Assembly (NCBI GenBank): GCA_016187335.1
Contig: JACPJW010000002.1
Coordinates: forward strand, 1-64,000
DNA length: 64,000 bases
Direction: 5' to 3'
Source: Candidatus Aenigmatarchaeota archaeon
GTDB taxonomy: Archaea > Aenigmatarchaeota > Aenigmatarchaeia > GW2011-AR5
In this document: positions 1 through 9,233 of the stretch, in pieces
How positions within the stretch are numbered: the stretch's first letter is position 1
How the letters are laid out: the number at the start of each line of letters is the position of its first letter
Made by a program: the position numbers and the translations under genes
Notes under the pieces: generated by a model
Told to the model about the DNA's origin: nothing
What the model saw: the letters and a program-made list of their open reading frames with translations, nothing else
The model's database searches: none

Positions 1-442
1 TTATCTTTTTCTCGTCGCTGACGGAATAGAAGCGGAACCGCCCCTTCCTTTTCTGCACGACCATCTTTTTTTCAAGAAGCATTTTCAGGTACCACGAAAG
101 GTTTGAAGGGCTTACGCCAAGCTCGTCGGAGATTTTCCTGGCGTTTGATTTTCTGTTTTCCATGAGGTGAATAAGTATTTTTCTTATCCTTTCCTGCCTC
201 AACAAGCTGAGCAGTTCCTTGTCTTCCCCGCTGTACGCAACGTTCGCGGGATAGTATCTCAGGAACCTTCCTGATTTTTCGGTTCTCACAAGCCCGTGCC
301 TGTGCAGGAAGTGGAGGTGGTAGTCGACGCTGCCCGTAGCCATGCCGGTTCTTCTCTGGATTTCCCGGAAATGAATGCCCGGCGACCCTGATATGCACTC
401 ATAGATTTTTCTCCTTGACTCCAGATCCAGCAGCTCTTGCAT
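1..442 (-). CDS. Double winged helix-turn-helix transcriptional regulator, truncated by the window edge
   Basis: Not in the ORF track because its stop lies outside the window. Manual translation from ATG 442: MQELLDLESRRKIYECISGSPGIHFREIQRRTGMATGSVDYHL...RKILIHLMENRKSNARKISDELGVSPSNLSWYLKML. Two wHTH motifs. Confidence 0.85.
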   Translation of the reverse strand, partial: MQELLDLESRRKIYECISGSPGIHFREIQRRTGMATGSVDYHLHFLHRHGLVRTEKSGRFLRYYPANVAYSGEDKELLSLLRQERIRKILIHLMENRKSNARKISDELGVSPSNLSWYLKMLLEKKMVVQKRKGRFRFYSVSDEKKI

Positions 443-452
443 AGAAACAAAA

Positions 453-863
453 TCACCTTGCCTTGTACATCAGGAAGATGAATGACAGCAGTATCAGGAC
501 ATCAAAGGTGTGGACGGCGTGGAAGATGTATATGTTCTCTCCCGGGAAGAAGTTGTCCATCAGGAACAGGAACTGCCTCAGTGTGAAAAAGAAAAACGCC
601 AGGGAAAGCACGAAAAGCCTCATGTCCCTTTTCCTGCTGAAGGCGCTGACAGAAACCGCAAGAAGCGCCAGGGAAGCCAGAGCCGAAAGAAGTATGAGCG
701 CGTCCAGCGGCGCCAGCACACGGTCCTTGCCTTCCAGGGTGAATTTAAGCCCCTGGTAGCCGAAATTCTGCAGGATAACAAAGTAAAAGAGCGCCGCCAC
801 GATAACAGCGGCGTAGACAACAGCTATCGTTTTTATGGAAAATCCTGTTTCTTTCCTGTCCAT
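453..863 (-). CDS. Small multi-pass membrane protein
   Basis: 136 aa with about four hydrophobic segments; directly upstream of and co-oriented with the wHTH gene. Confidence 0.7.
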   Translation of the reverse strand: MDRKETGFSIKTIAVVYAAVIVAALFYFVILQNFGYQGLKFTLEGKDRVLAPLDALILLSALASLALLAVSVSAFSRKRDMRLFVLSLAFFFFTLRQFLFLMDNFFPGENIYIFHAVHTFDVLILLSFIFLMYKAR

Positions 864-897
864 TGAACCACTTATAATAGTTATTATTTGGTTCGCA

Positions 898-1008
898 TTA
901 AAAGCTGTTTATAACCATCCTGTTTGTTTTGAAGCAGAACGGGCAGTAATCAATCCTCGAGTCGAACTTCTCGCCGCAGAACCCGCACATGCAATACTTC
1001 ATAATCAT
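898..1008 (-). CDS. Zn-ribbon microprotein (36 aa)
   Basis: Manual translation MIMKYCMCGFCGEKFDSRIDYCPFCFKTNRMVINSF; two CxxC motifs; starts 3 nt after the upstream stop. Confidence 0.5.
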   Translation of the reverse strand: MIMKYCMCGFCGEKFDSRIDYCPFCFKTNRMVINSF

Positions 1009-1011
1009 CAC

Positions 1012-1146
1012 TTATTCAAATTCAGCCACCATGCGGCAGGACATGCATGCCAACTCCCTTTCATCAACGTAGATTTTTGATGAAGAGCACTTCGGGCATT
1101 CTGTCACAAGAACCATGTATTCTGCCGGAATTTTCATCTGCATCAT
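1012..1146 (-). CDS. Zn-ribbon microprotein (44 aa)
   Basis: Manual translation MMQMKIPAEYMVLVTECPKCSSSKIYVDERELACMSCRMVAEFE; two CxxC motifs; GAGGTG SD-like sequence upstream. Confidence 0.55.
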   Translation of the reverse strand: MMQMKIPAEYMVLVTECPKCSSSKIYVDERELACMSCRMVAEFE

Positions 1147-1443
1147 CTCCACACCTCTTTTTCAGAAAATAGTAAAATAAAAAACAAAATAGAAAGTCAA
1201 AGTCAACTCATCGCCTATTTACTTTTCATGCTTTCTTTTCCTTGCCATCTGCTCACCCCGTTCAACCACTTCAGCCTGTTCAGGAAGGTGCTGCCTGCAG
1301 AACGCTGCTCCTACGTCGCCGTGGTGTTCAAGAAATGTTGTCTCCGTTCCATGGTTTCCTTTATAAATATCGCTTTTGGTTCAAGAATTGAAGATTAGTG
1401 CAAGGATTGAAATGAAGAAAATGGATTTAATGCCGTCAAACCA

Positions 1444-1887
1444 ATGAAATGCATGGTAAAGCACCATATAGATACTTCAGTATTTCTTGAACCTCAGACT
1501 ACAGAAGATGGCAGATACTGCAGGAAATATATCCAGAAAGTCGGCAGAAATTATGAAGGTGTTGTAAGTTTCCCCGTTTTGAGCGAGATATTTGCTTCCG
1601 TTCTTAAACTTGATGATTACAAAGAGCTTCATGATACATTTGACACGTTCGTTCATACTTTCAGGATAAGAAAAATCGGCTTTTATTCTCCTAGAGATAT
1701 TGAAGACATCATGAAAAGGGTAAAGGAACTTGACAAAAGAATATACCCTATCGATAGAGAAATAGTTGCTTGTTCTTTGGAAGATAAAGCAGACGCTTTG
1801 GTAACAATGAATAAGAAGCTCGTTGGAAATAAAAGAATTGAAGAAACATTCAGAGTAAGGATAGTACACCCTAAAGCTTTATTCTAG
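1444..1887 (+). CDS. PIN-domain (VapC-like) ribonuclease
   Basis: IDTSVF, VLSEI, DREIVACS and ALVTMNKKL match PIN-fold motifs; the last conserved Asp is N here. Confidence 0.8.
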   Translation: MKCMVKHHIDTSVFLEPQTTEDGRYCRKYIQKVGRNYEGVVSFPVLSEIFASVLKLDDYKELHDTFDTFVHTFRIRKIGFYSPRDIEDIMKRVKELDKRIYPIDREIVACSLEDKADALVTMNKKLVGNKRIEETFRVRIVHPKALF

Positions 1888-1990
1888 ATTTTTTATGCAG
1901 TGATGCATGTATCTTCTTAAGTTTGTGAAAAACCTTCCTCTTCTCAAGCTTTCTGTAAAGCCTTTCCAGCTTCTTTTCTTCTTCGCTCAT
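1871..1990 (-). CDS. Possible small basic protein (39 aa)
   Basis: MSEEEKKLERLYRKLEKRKVFHKLKKIHASLHKKSRIKL with AGGTG SD-like sequence upstream; no family recognised. Confidence 0.3.
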   Translation of the reverse strand: MSEEEKKLERLYRKLEKRKVFHKLKKIHASLHKKSRIKL

Positions 1991-2069
1991 TGTTAGCACC
2001 TATAAAACATATTTGCGGCATCATATTTATATATTCGCACGGTTGGGTAAGTGATAAAGAGGTGAAACT

Positions 2070-2177
2070 ATGGTTGCAAGGCAAAAAGATGAAATAGACG
2101 CGGACGAATTTAGGCGAAAAGTGAGAATCCTGATTGAAAGAGAAAAAGAATTCCTTGAACATGTTGGCAGACTATAA
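2070..2177 (+). CDS. Small antitoxin-like protein (35 aa)
   Basis: GAGGTGA SD, then MVARQKDEIDADEFRRKVRILIEREKEFLEHVGRL. The antitoxin call is an inference from size, helical character and the neighbouring PIN gene. Confidence 0.45.
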   Translation: MVARQKDEIDADEFRRKVRILIEREKEFLEHVGRL

Positions 2178-2335
2178 GACTTGTTGCATTCCATTACTCG
2201 TTTGTTCGGTTTCTGAATTCCCGGCGGTTCATGGTTCAAATCTAATCACGTTACTTATAGTTGCATTATTTTCAGTTCCATCAGCAGCTAATTTCAAAAA
2301 AATGAAAGAACACGATTCAAAGACTCAGAAATAAC

Positions 2336-2518
2336 TTACCCTCTTATTTTATAATAAGCTAAAATTAGCACAATTACGAATCCCACAACAAAAGCAACTA
2401 CAGGACCGTTGCTTCCTAAAAACGATTTAGAAAGTGGTTCCATCGAAAGCCATGCAAAAGCCAAAAAAGCTATAATTAGTACAGCCCATATTACTGCTTT
2501 GTAAATCTGTCCTTTCAT
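2336..2518 (-). CDS. Small two-TM membrane protein
   Basis: 60 aa, two hydrophobic helices, basic C-terminus. Confidence 0.6.
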   Translation of the reverse strand: MKGQIYKAVIWAVLIIAFLAFAWLSMEPLSKSFLGSNGPVVAFVVGFVIVLILAYYKIRG

Positions 2519-2667
2519 AACTTAATTTCTATATTTCTAATTACTTAAACTAATCGTTTAACGCAGCTTTGCATTTTAACTAAGGGTTGAATTTAAAATC
2601 GGAAATAGTAAATCCTAAGAATAGTAGATTAATAGATTAAATGTCTTCTCGAGATACCTAAGCTGAG

Positions 2668-5487
2668 CTACTTGATTCTTTTTATGTATTCTAATTCTTT
2701 GATTTCTTTGGAGAAATCTTTATCTTCATGAGATTTTAGCTTTTCTTGAGATAACAATTCAATCACTTCATCACAAGTTTCATTTATACTCAAAATAAGC
2801 CTTTCTTTATTTAGCTTAACATAATTTTGTTTCAGCGTTTTCAAAAATTCTATCATTTCACTTAAGATGTACTTTATGTAATCTTCTATATGTTTGGTTT
2901 GAGCTATTGGAAAGTTAGCCCTTTTAAGTACAATCAAATTTCTTACTATTTTGTAAATAGAATTATATTCTAGAGATAGCCCAAAAATTGCTCCATTTAG
3001 CAAAAGCTCATTTTTCACAATTCTGTTTGAAATTAGGACAGCTTTCGACAAATCTTCTATATCAGTTGATACGGAGTGTTTATCTACAAGGTTTTTTACT
3101 TCTTCGTTTATTACTAAAAGTATTTTTGCAACGCCACGATGGGATACGTACCAGCTTTGTTTTTTAACTAATATTTCTAGAATCTTAGAAACTGAAAATG
3201 TAGTTTTTTTAGTTTTTATTGCAGCTTGCTTTCCTATTTCTGCGATAGAATTTATTGACTCCACAGTTGAATCAGACAAATCTTCATCACAAGCTAAACC
3301 TATCAAAGCTAAATACCAAATAGAAGATTGCGTCGTATTATCAACAAAAATAGGACTTATGTTTTTAATTTCTAAAGTTTCTATACCTATCTTTTCAACA
3401 GTTTTTATTATATAATTTGTAATACGCTTATTTTTCTTTGAAATACTTATTTTAGATAAATATTCTAATTCTTCAAAAATTTCTGTAAGAAATTTATCTT
3501 CAGCTTGTGCTAAATCTTTTCTTTGTTGGGTATAAAATTGAGTTATTTCGAAAAGTGTGTTTAAACTTAGTTTTGTTAAACTTGAATTATTATTTTCAAC
3601 AGCTTTATTTAGTATATCAGAAATTTCCAGTAAAGCGTACATATCGTGTAGTCTTTCCGATACTTCTTTATGAAATATAAATTCTCTATAAATCTCTGGA
3701 GGGATTAATTTCTGAAGTAAATTATTTTTTTGTATTTTTGAAGCATCTTTAAATTTCTTAATAATTTTTAAATCGCCTTCTTTAATTATTTTAAGTGCTT
3801 TGTTGTAAGACATAAAGTTCGTTATTTCCATAAAAGCAAAGATAATTGAGATCACTAATTCTGAAGATAAAATGTAAATAAATGTTGAGAAGTCTAGGAT
3901 TCCTGTAATAACCGAGTAAAAAACTATTATATTCGTTACGATAAAGAAAATAAAAATTAGTATTAAATACTTCCTAACTTCTTTCATTACCCTAAAAGAA
4001 AATTTATCAGCGATTTCTTGCAAACTATTCATTGATAAAGTAGCAAAAAGAGCCAGTATTGTAATAACAAGTGTAAGGATTAGACCAACGTTGGAAATTT
4101 TCTGAGTTTCTTTAGTATCTACTTGAGACTGTATATCAATTAAAGAATCTCTAAGATTGTTATTGAAAATATCTTGTCGATTTTCTAAACGTGCTAAATT
4201 TGATCTTAGTTTATCCATTTCCAGTTTTAGATCATTGATATATGAATTAGAAATATCTTGGTAATAAATACCAAAATATATGTTTTCTACAGATTCCTTT
4301 AAGGTTATAGTTCTTTCATAAAAATTTTCAAATTCTACTAAACGTTCATTGTAATCTTCAATACTTGCATTAAAATCAGTTATCTTTTCTATCCTTTTTC
4401 TCTTATCTTCTAAATTATCAGCTGACCTGAAAATATTTATTACTTCAGTGTTCTTTTTATTTAATTCGTCTATTTTTTCTTCTATTACTTTGTTGAGCTT
4501 CTCAGTTTTCTGGGTAGCTAAGTAGACCTCATCAAGTGCTCTGAGATAAGCATAATGACCGTTGTAAGAATCGACAAAAATTACTTGTCCGCTTCCAAAA
4601 CCATCAAAAAATCTACTTTCAGATAAAACTATCTGAAACCCTAACCTTTTTGTTTGTTTTTTACCTTCGACAAATTCTATATTTGATTTATCGAGAAATA
4701 CGAAATTGTTTCCATCTTTAAAGGTGATTTGACTTTTTGAATCTTTGAATCTCCAAAACGCATGAGTTGGTTTTATGGAATTATATATCTTGCTTTTAGA
4801 ACAATCAGCATATATATCGCCTTTTGCATAACTGCAACCCATTTTGTCAAAATAAGTATTTGAATAATAAACATCTGTTAATTGAAAAAGTTGTGGTTCT
4901 CCATAATAGTTCATTTCGCAGAAACCATAAGGAGCAATTTCAGAATCTCTTAAAAAAGTTCTAAATGCAAGTTCAATTCGACTTATTATTGCTTGAAAAA
5001 TTTCCATTGATTTATGGTATTCATTACCAATATTTTCGTAACTTTCGGAAGTAAAAATATTGAATCCTTTTTTATCTAAAGTTAAAGACCACCAATAACC
5101 ATCTGTTTGAAAGATGTATACATTATTTTGCTCATCAACTATCTCAAGACTTAAACTATCATAAAAATAAAACCTATCTATGGGGTATTTCTTTATGTAA
5201 AATTTTCTTTTATCGCCGTATTCTTTAGTTAATCCTTCATCTAGTATATCGTAAAATAATTTTGCAGTACTTTCGTTAAAATATATAGGCTCTAAGAGAT
5301 CCTCATCTTTATAGAAAGTACTATTGTAACATTTGGATCTGTCAATTACAGTAAATGTAAGTCCATAACTTTCTTTAGAAACATTTTGATCATTGATTAA
5401 GATTTCTGCATGTGATATATGAGCAAAAATCAAAATAAAGAAAACACTAAAAAAGATATAAAATTCTAGTTTGCTTAAAATACCCAT
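2668..5487 (-). CDS. Large AT-rich hypothetical membrane protein
   Basis: 939 aa open frame: N-terminal signal/TM, coiled coil, about three TMs, helical C-terminal domain; visibly more AT-rich than the r-protein operon. Confidence 0.85.
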   Translation of the reverse strand: MGILSKLEFYIFFSVFFILIFAHISHAEILINDQNVSKESYGLTFTVIDRSKCYNSTFYKDEDLLEPIYFNESTAKLFYDILDEGLTKEYGDKRKFYIKKYPIDRFYFYDSLSLEIVDEQNNVYIFQTDGYWWSLTLDKKGFNIFTSESYENIGNEYHKSMEIFQAIISRIELAFRTFLRDSEIAPYGFCEMNYYGEPQLFQLTDVYYSNTYFDKMGCSYAKGDIYADCSKSKIYNSIKPTHAFWRFKDSKSQITFKDGNNFVFLDKSNIEFVEGKKQTKRLGFQIVLSESRFFDGFGSGQVIFVDSYNGHYAYLRALDEVYLATQKTEKLNKVIEEKIDELNKKNTEVINIFRSADNLEDKRKRIEKITDFNASIEDYNERLVEFENFYERTITLKESVENIYFGIYYQDISNSYINDLKLEMDKLRSNLARLENRQDIFNNNLRDSLIDIQSQVDTKETQKISNVGLILTLVITILALFATLSMNSLQEIADKFSFRVMKEVRKYLILIFIFFIVTNIIVFYSVITGILDFSTFIYILSSELVISIIFAFMEITNFMSYNKALKIIKEGDLKIIKKFKDASKIQKNNLLQKLIPPEIYREFIFHKEVSERLHDMYALLEISDILNKAVENNNSSLTKLSLNTLFEITQFYTQQRKDLAQAEDKFLTEIFEELEYLSKISISKKNKRITNYIIKTVEKIGIETLEIKNISPIFVDNTTQSSIWYLALIGLACDEDLSDSTVESINSIAEIGKQAAIKTKKTTFSVSKILEILVKKQSWYVSHRGVAKILLVINEEVKNLVDKHSVSTDIEDLSKAVLISNRIVKNELLLNGAIFGLSLEYNSIYKIVRNLIVLKRANFPIAQTKHIEDYIKYILSEMIEFLKTLKQNYVKLNKERLILSINETCDEVIELLSQEKLKSHEDKDFSKEIKELEYIKRIK

Positions 5488-5622
5488 GTTTATACTAAAA
5501 CAAATAGATTTTAAATTCTGATTTTCAGCGAGGTTTCTATAAAAATTTTCAAAGTTTCTGAAATAACTGATTAAACTCCTTCTATTTCTTTCGAATAGGC
5601 TCCAGTGGGCGTATTATTTTTC

Positions 5623-7143
5623 TCACTTGAAAAACTTCCTCACGGCGGGGTTCATTTCCTCGACGTAGCGGACGCTGATCTGCTCGTAGAAGTTGTAGAC
5701 GATGCTGACGGTAAGGAGGATTCCCGTGCCCGTCCCGAGGGCGTTGGTGAAGTCGGCGACAGCGGCAATCAGGCCTATGATTAATCCGCTGAGTATCGCA
5801 AGTATCGGGATGTAGCGGTTGAGGACCTGCTCGACGATGCGCGGGTCCCTGCGGAAGCCCGGCACCTGCATGCCCAGCCCTTCTATCTGCTCCGCAACGT
5901 TCTTAGAATCCATGCCGCTCGTGGCGACCCAGAATACTGAGAAGATGACGGCGCCTACGACCATGATCAGCAAATATATCATGGAGCGCAGGAATTCGCC
6001 GCCTACAGGCAATCCAACGGTGAAGTGCGTGACGATTATGGCTGATACCAGCCCGGCGGCAGCGGATATTGCAAGGATTTTCATGCTGTTCTGCGACCTG
6101 AAGTGGAACGCCAGCATTGACAGGATGAACGTGACGGCAAGCAGCGTGAGGAAGAATATGTTTATTGAAAGGTCAGCGGAAGGCCGCAGGAACTGGACAA
6201 AGCCCGACGTGGGGTTTCCCTGCTGGTCGAAACAGCCCAGCGGCCCGCAGCGCCCGCCGAATTCGCCGGGCTGCGCCATGAGCGAGCCGACAAGCTGTAT
6301 GTTGGCGATAAGCGCTGCTATGAGTATCACCGGGATGTTGCTTGTGTATATCAGGTTGAGCGGCCATCTCCTTCCGAACCCGCGGATGGAGCCAAAGGCC
6401 AAGGGGATTTCCACTTTGACCGCCTGTATGTAAACGACAACCGCAAATACGATTATCGTCGCGATGATGGGCAGGATGGCAATCGTGGCCTGGAAAAGCT
6501 CGCCCTGCGAAAGGAAGACAAGAAACTGGGGTATCAGCCCCGTGGGAACAGTCTCGCCCGGCAGCGTCAGCGGATTGAACGCCCTGACGAAAATCTGTTT
6601 GGTGACCCCGGCTGCTATGAACAATGAAATGCCTGAGCCTATGCCCCATTTAGAAACCACTTCATCCATGAACATTACGATTATTGCGCCGAAAGCCAGC
6701 TGCAGTATGAGCAGAAGGAATATTGAAAAGTCCGGCGTGGCAGGCTTTATCGCGCCGAAAGCAACGTAGGCGTAAGCCTCGAAAAAGCAGAAGAATATTG
6801 CCAGAAGCTTCTGCGCCCCCTGGAACTTCTTCTTGCCCTCTGTTGTCTTCAGGTCCCACTGGATAATCTGCGCCCCCACGAGGAGCTGCAATATTATGGA
6901 TGCGGTGACTATGGGCCCGATGCCGAGGGTCATCAAAGTGCCTATTGACGCGCCCAGGATCAGCTCAAAGAACTGCAGCCTTGCGACTTCCTGCTTCTCG
7001 ACGCCGTAAAGCGTCACCTGCCCGAGAAAAAGGAAAATAAGGAGTATTATGACAGTCCACTTGAGCCTTGATTTGAAGCTCAAATGCGCCTTAGGCTCCT
7101 GCACGCCCGGCAGCTTTGAGGATATGCTTTCTATCAGCGACAT
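5623..7143 (-). CDS. secY: Preprotein translocase subunit SecY
   Basis: GTLMTLGIGPIVTASIILQLL, KWGIGSGISLFI, YTSNIPVIL, GTGILLTV; follows L15. Start placed at ATG 7143 (MSLIES). Confidence 0.97.
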   Translation of the reverse strand: MSLIESISSKLPGVQEPKAHLSFKSRLKWTVIILLIFLFLGQVTLYGVEKQEVARLQFFELILGASIGTLMTLGIGPIVTASIILQLLVGAQIIQWDLKTTEGKKKFQGAQKLLAIFFCFFEAYAYVAFGAIKPATPDFSIFLLLILQLAFGAIIVMFMDEVVSKWGIGSGISLFIAAGVTKQIFVRAFNPLTLPGETVPTGLIPQFLVFLSQGELFQATIAILPIIATIIVFAVVVYIQAVKVEIPLAFGSIRGFGRRWPLNLIYTSNIPVILIAALIANIQLVGSLMAQPGEFGGRCGPLGCFDQQGNPTSGFVQFLRPSADLSINIFFLTLLAVTFILSMLAFHFRSQNSMKILAISAAAGLVSAIIVTHFTVGLPVGGEFLRSMIYLLIMVVGAVIFSVFWVATSGMDSKNVAEQIEGLGMQVPGFRRDPRIVEQVLNRYIPILAILSGLIIGLIAAVADFTNALGTGTGILLTVSIVYNFYEQISVRYVEEMNPAVRKFFK

Positions 7144-7231
7144 TTTTCTGACCACTTTTCCAGTCATCAAGTTGGAGGCAGATGTTATAGTGAAACCAGA
7201 AAAGAATCTGGACATGATTTCTGGTTTCACA

Positions 7232-7323
7232 TACATGGAGAACCGAAGGTTCTCCTGTACAGGTGAAGCGAAGCTTCACCATGTATAGTTCCCAAGGAAA
7301 CTAATACCTGAATGTTTCCTTGG
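7232..7323. repeat. Cluster of three perfect hairpins in the secY 5' region
   Basis: GGAGAACC-GAA-GGTTCTCC (7237-7255), GGTGAAGC-GAA-GCTTCACC (7262-7280), CCAAGGAAAC...GTTTCCTTGG (7292-7323). Confidence 0.8.
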
Positions 7324-7383
7324 AGACAGCAATTTTATTCCACACATTTCCCTTTTTCCGTGCACGCTTTGATTCTTTTCAAA

Positions 7384-7854
7384 TCATTCTTTGGCTTGAT
7401 TTTTCTTTCCGCTTTGCCCGCGCTTTTCGCTTTTCTTTTTAGCTTTCTCCTTGCTTACTTCCTCGCCTTCGACGGAACCGCCTGCCTGCCGTATTTTCTC
7501 GCCTGCTTTCTTTGTGTATTTTTCAACAATAACCTTCAGGGGTCTTGATACCGAGCCTTTGGAAAGAAGCTTTTGATATCCGAGCTCGTTCAGGTCTATT
7601 TCATTCTTCGCTGCGATTCTTTCCAAATCACCAAGGTTTATTGCGCTTATTTTCTTTTTGTTCGGCACGGCAAAGCCCTTGTAGCCGTACCGGTCCGGGT
7701 CCTTTGACGTGACGTAAGAAAACTTGTGCTTGTGGAATCCCGAGAAGCCGCGCCCGCCACGCGAGCCTCCGCCGCGGTTCTTCTTCTTCGCGCCGAACCC
7801 GTGCCAGCGCTTCCCCCGCATCTTCCGGACTTTCTTTTCAAAGCGGACTGTCAT
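7384..7854 (-). CDS. rpl15: 50S ribosomal protein L15 (uL15)
   Basis: KMRGKRWHGFGAKKKNRGGGSRGGRG, KLLSKG; operon position. Confidence 0.95.
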   Translation of the reverse strand: MTVRFEKKVRKMRGKRWHGFGAKKKNRGGGSRGGRGFSGFHKHKFSYVTSKDPDRYGYKGFAVPNKKKISAINLGDLERIAAKNEIDLNELGYQKLLSKGSVSRPLKVIVEKYTKKAGEKIRQAGGSVEGEEVSKEKAKKKSEKRGQSGKKNQAKE

Positions 7855-7904
7855 AATCATCAACGGAATTGTATTTTCTTCGTGAGCTCTGAGAAGCTCT
7901 GTCC

Positions 7905-7984
7905 TTTCCTTGAAGACCAAAGGTCTTCGAGGTCTCGGATACCTTTGGTATCCGAAGATGATGAAACTTTTTGGAAAAGTTTCA
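7905..7984. repeat. 80-nt composite three-hairpin element, copy 1 (includes family A palindrome 7962-7984)
   Basis: Aligns without gaps to 15856-15935 with compensatory stem changes; overlaps the L30 stop TGA. Confidence 0.9.
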
Positions 7985-8302
7985 CATCATCCTCTCGATC
8001 AATTTTTCTATCTCTTTTCCGCGGTAGCCGAGGTCGCCCTTGGGCCACCTGTGCTTCACCGACCTGAAGCCCTTTGCCGGCGGCTTGAGATGTGGCTTTT
8101 CCTTGAGCCTTTTTGCCATCTCATCGCCTACTTCGCCCCACGCAACGAAGTTGTCTATTTTCTTGATCATGCCCTTTATCGACTCGGTTTCCGGCAGCAC
8201 CGCAGCGCTGTGCTTCCTTTTCAGTCCGAGCATTTTCATCGTGTCCTCTAAGTCGCTGCGGACGCCCACCGTCCCTCTTATGCGGACAACTGCGTATGTC
8301 AT
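7982..8302 (-). CDS. rpl30: 50S ribosomal protein L30 (uL30), short form
   Basis: YAVVRIRGTVG...MLGLKRKH...WGE...GDLGYRG; lies between S5 and L15. Confidence 0.93.
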   Translation of the reverse strand: MTYAVVRIRGTVGVRSDLEDTMKMLGLKRKHSAAVLPETESIKGMIKKIDNFVAWGEVGDEMAKRLKEKPHLKPPAKGFRSVKHRWPKGDLGYRGKEIEKLIERMM

Positions 8303-8387
8303 ATTTTTCACTTTATCGTGGCGGAAGCAAAAGTTCATTTTCCTTTGTCATTAAACTGCAGGCATTTTCTCCCGTTTTCATATCATT

Positions 8388-9149
8388 TCATTCAGCTTCT
8401 GACGCTTCTTTAGTTCCAGCTTCGGCTGCTTCTTTCGTTCCGTTTTTGCCTGTTTCTGATTCATTTTCTTCTTCCTGCTCCTTTTCCCCGGCGGCATGAA
8501 CCTTCATTGCGTTCAGCTTCTTGAAGGCGCTGAGTATCGCAAGCACGTAATTTATGCGCGCCCTTGTGTTGCCGTAGGATTTGGACCATATGTCGCGTAT
8601 GCCCGCGAGCTGCAGTACTTTTTTTCCTTCGTCGGCAGCAGCAAGCCCGAGGCCGCGCGGGGCGGGTTTAAGAACAACTGTGACCGAGCCGGACTTGCCT
8701 CTGGCTTCCGCAGGTATTGAGTGGCTGGTGCCGCATGCGCATTCCCACGAGCCGCATCCCCTTTTTACCGGAATCACGTTCAGCTTCGCTTCGTGCGTCG
8801 CTTTCTCTATGGCGTCCCTGTGCTCAAGAGCCTGCGCTTTTCCGACGCCGATATATCCGTCGCCGTTGCCTATGACGACCATGGCGCTTATCCTGAATCT
8901 GCGGCCGGACCTGTGCATCCTTGCCGTCCTGCGCGTGGGCGTCCTCTTTATGCCGCCGCCTTTTCCGGGAGATCCCCCGATGAGTATGACTTCGCTCTGC
9001 ATGTTCGGAAGCAGCCTGTCAACTATCTCCGACTCCTTGATTTTCTTTCCGCTGGAGAATATCATGTCTATTGACGCGACGCTTCCTTCCATGACTCTTT
9101 TGCCCAGTTCCGTCTTTGGTTTCCAGTTTTCCATTGCCATTTTTATCAT
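8388..9149 (-). CDS. rps5: 30S ribosomal protein S5 (uS5)
   Basis: WKPKTELGKRV, RGCGSWECACG, PAPRGLGL. Confidence 0.97.
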   Translation of the reverse strand: MIKMAMENWKPKTELGKRVMEGSVASIDMIFSSGKKIKESEIVDRLLPNMQSEVILIGGSPGKGGGIKRTPTRRTARMHRSGRRFRISAMVVIGNGDGYIGVGKAQALEHRDAIEKATHEAKLNVIPVKRGCGSWECACGTSHSIPAEARGKSGSVTVVLKPAPRGLGLAAADEGKKVLQLAGIRDIWSKSYGNTRARINYVLAILSAFKKLNAMKVHAAGEKEQEEENESETGKNGTKEAAEAGTKEASEAE

Positions 9150-9233
9150 CCATTACGGGAAGCAAAAGTTCAGATTTTTATAAGTTAAACCTAAGCTTCC
9201 ATTCTTTCCTTAGCAATTCTTTTTTATCACAGT

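Noticed and set aside
72-398. 108-aa minus-strand ORF in the track
   Set aside because: Out-of-frame shadow of the wHTH gene 1-442
2134-2334. 66-aa ORF with SEFP plus a hydrophobic stretch as a PEF-CTERM protein
   Set aside because: TTG start, no upstream domain, imperfect motif, and it overlaps a better-supported ORF
7860-8048. 62-aa ORF between L30 and L15
   Set aside because: It overlaps L30 out of frame and is largely the 80-nt repeat
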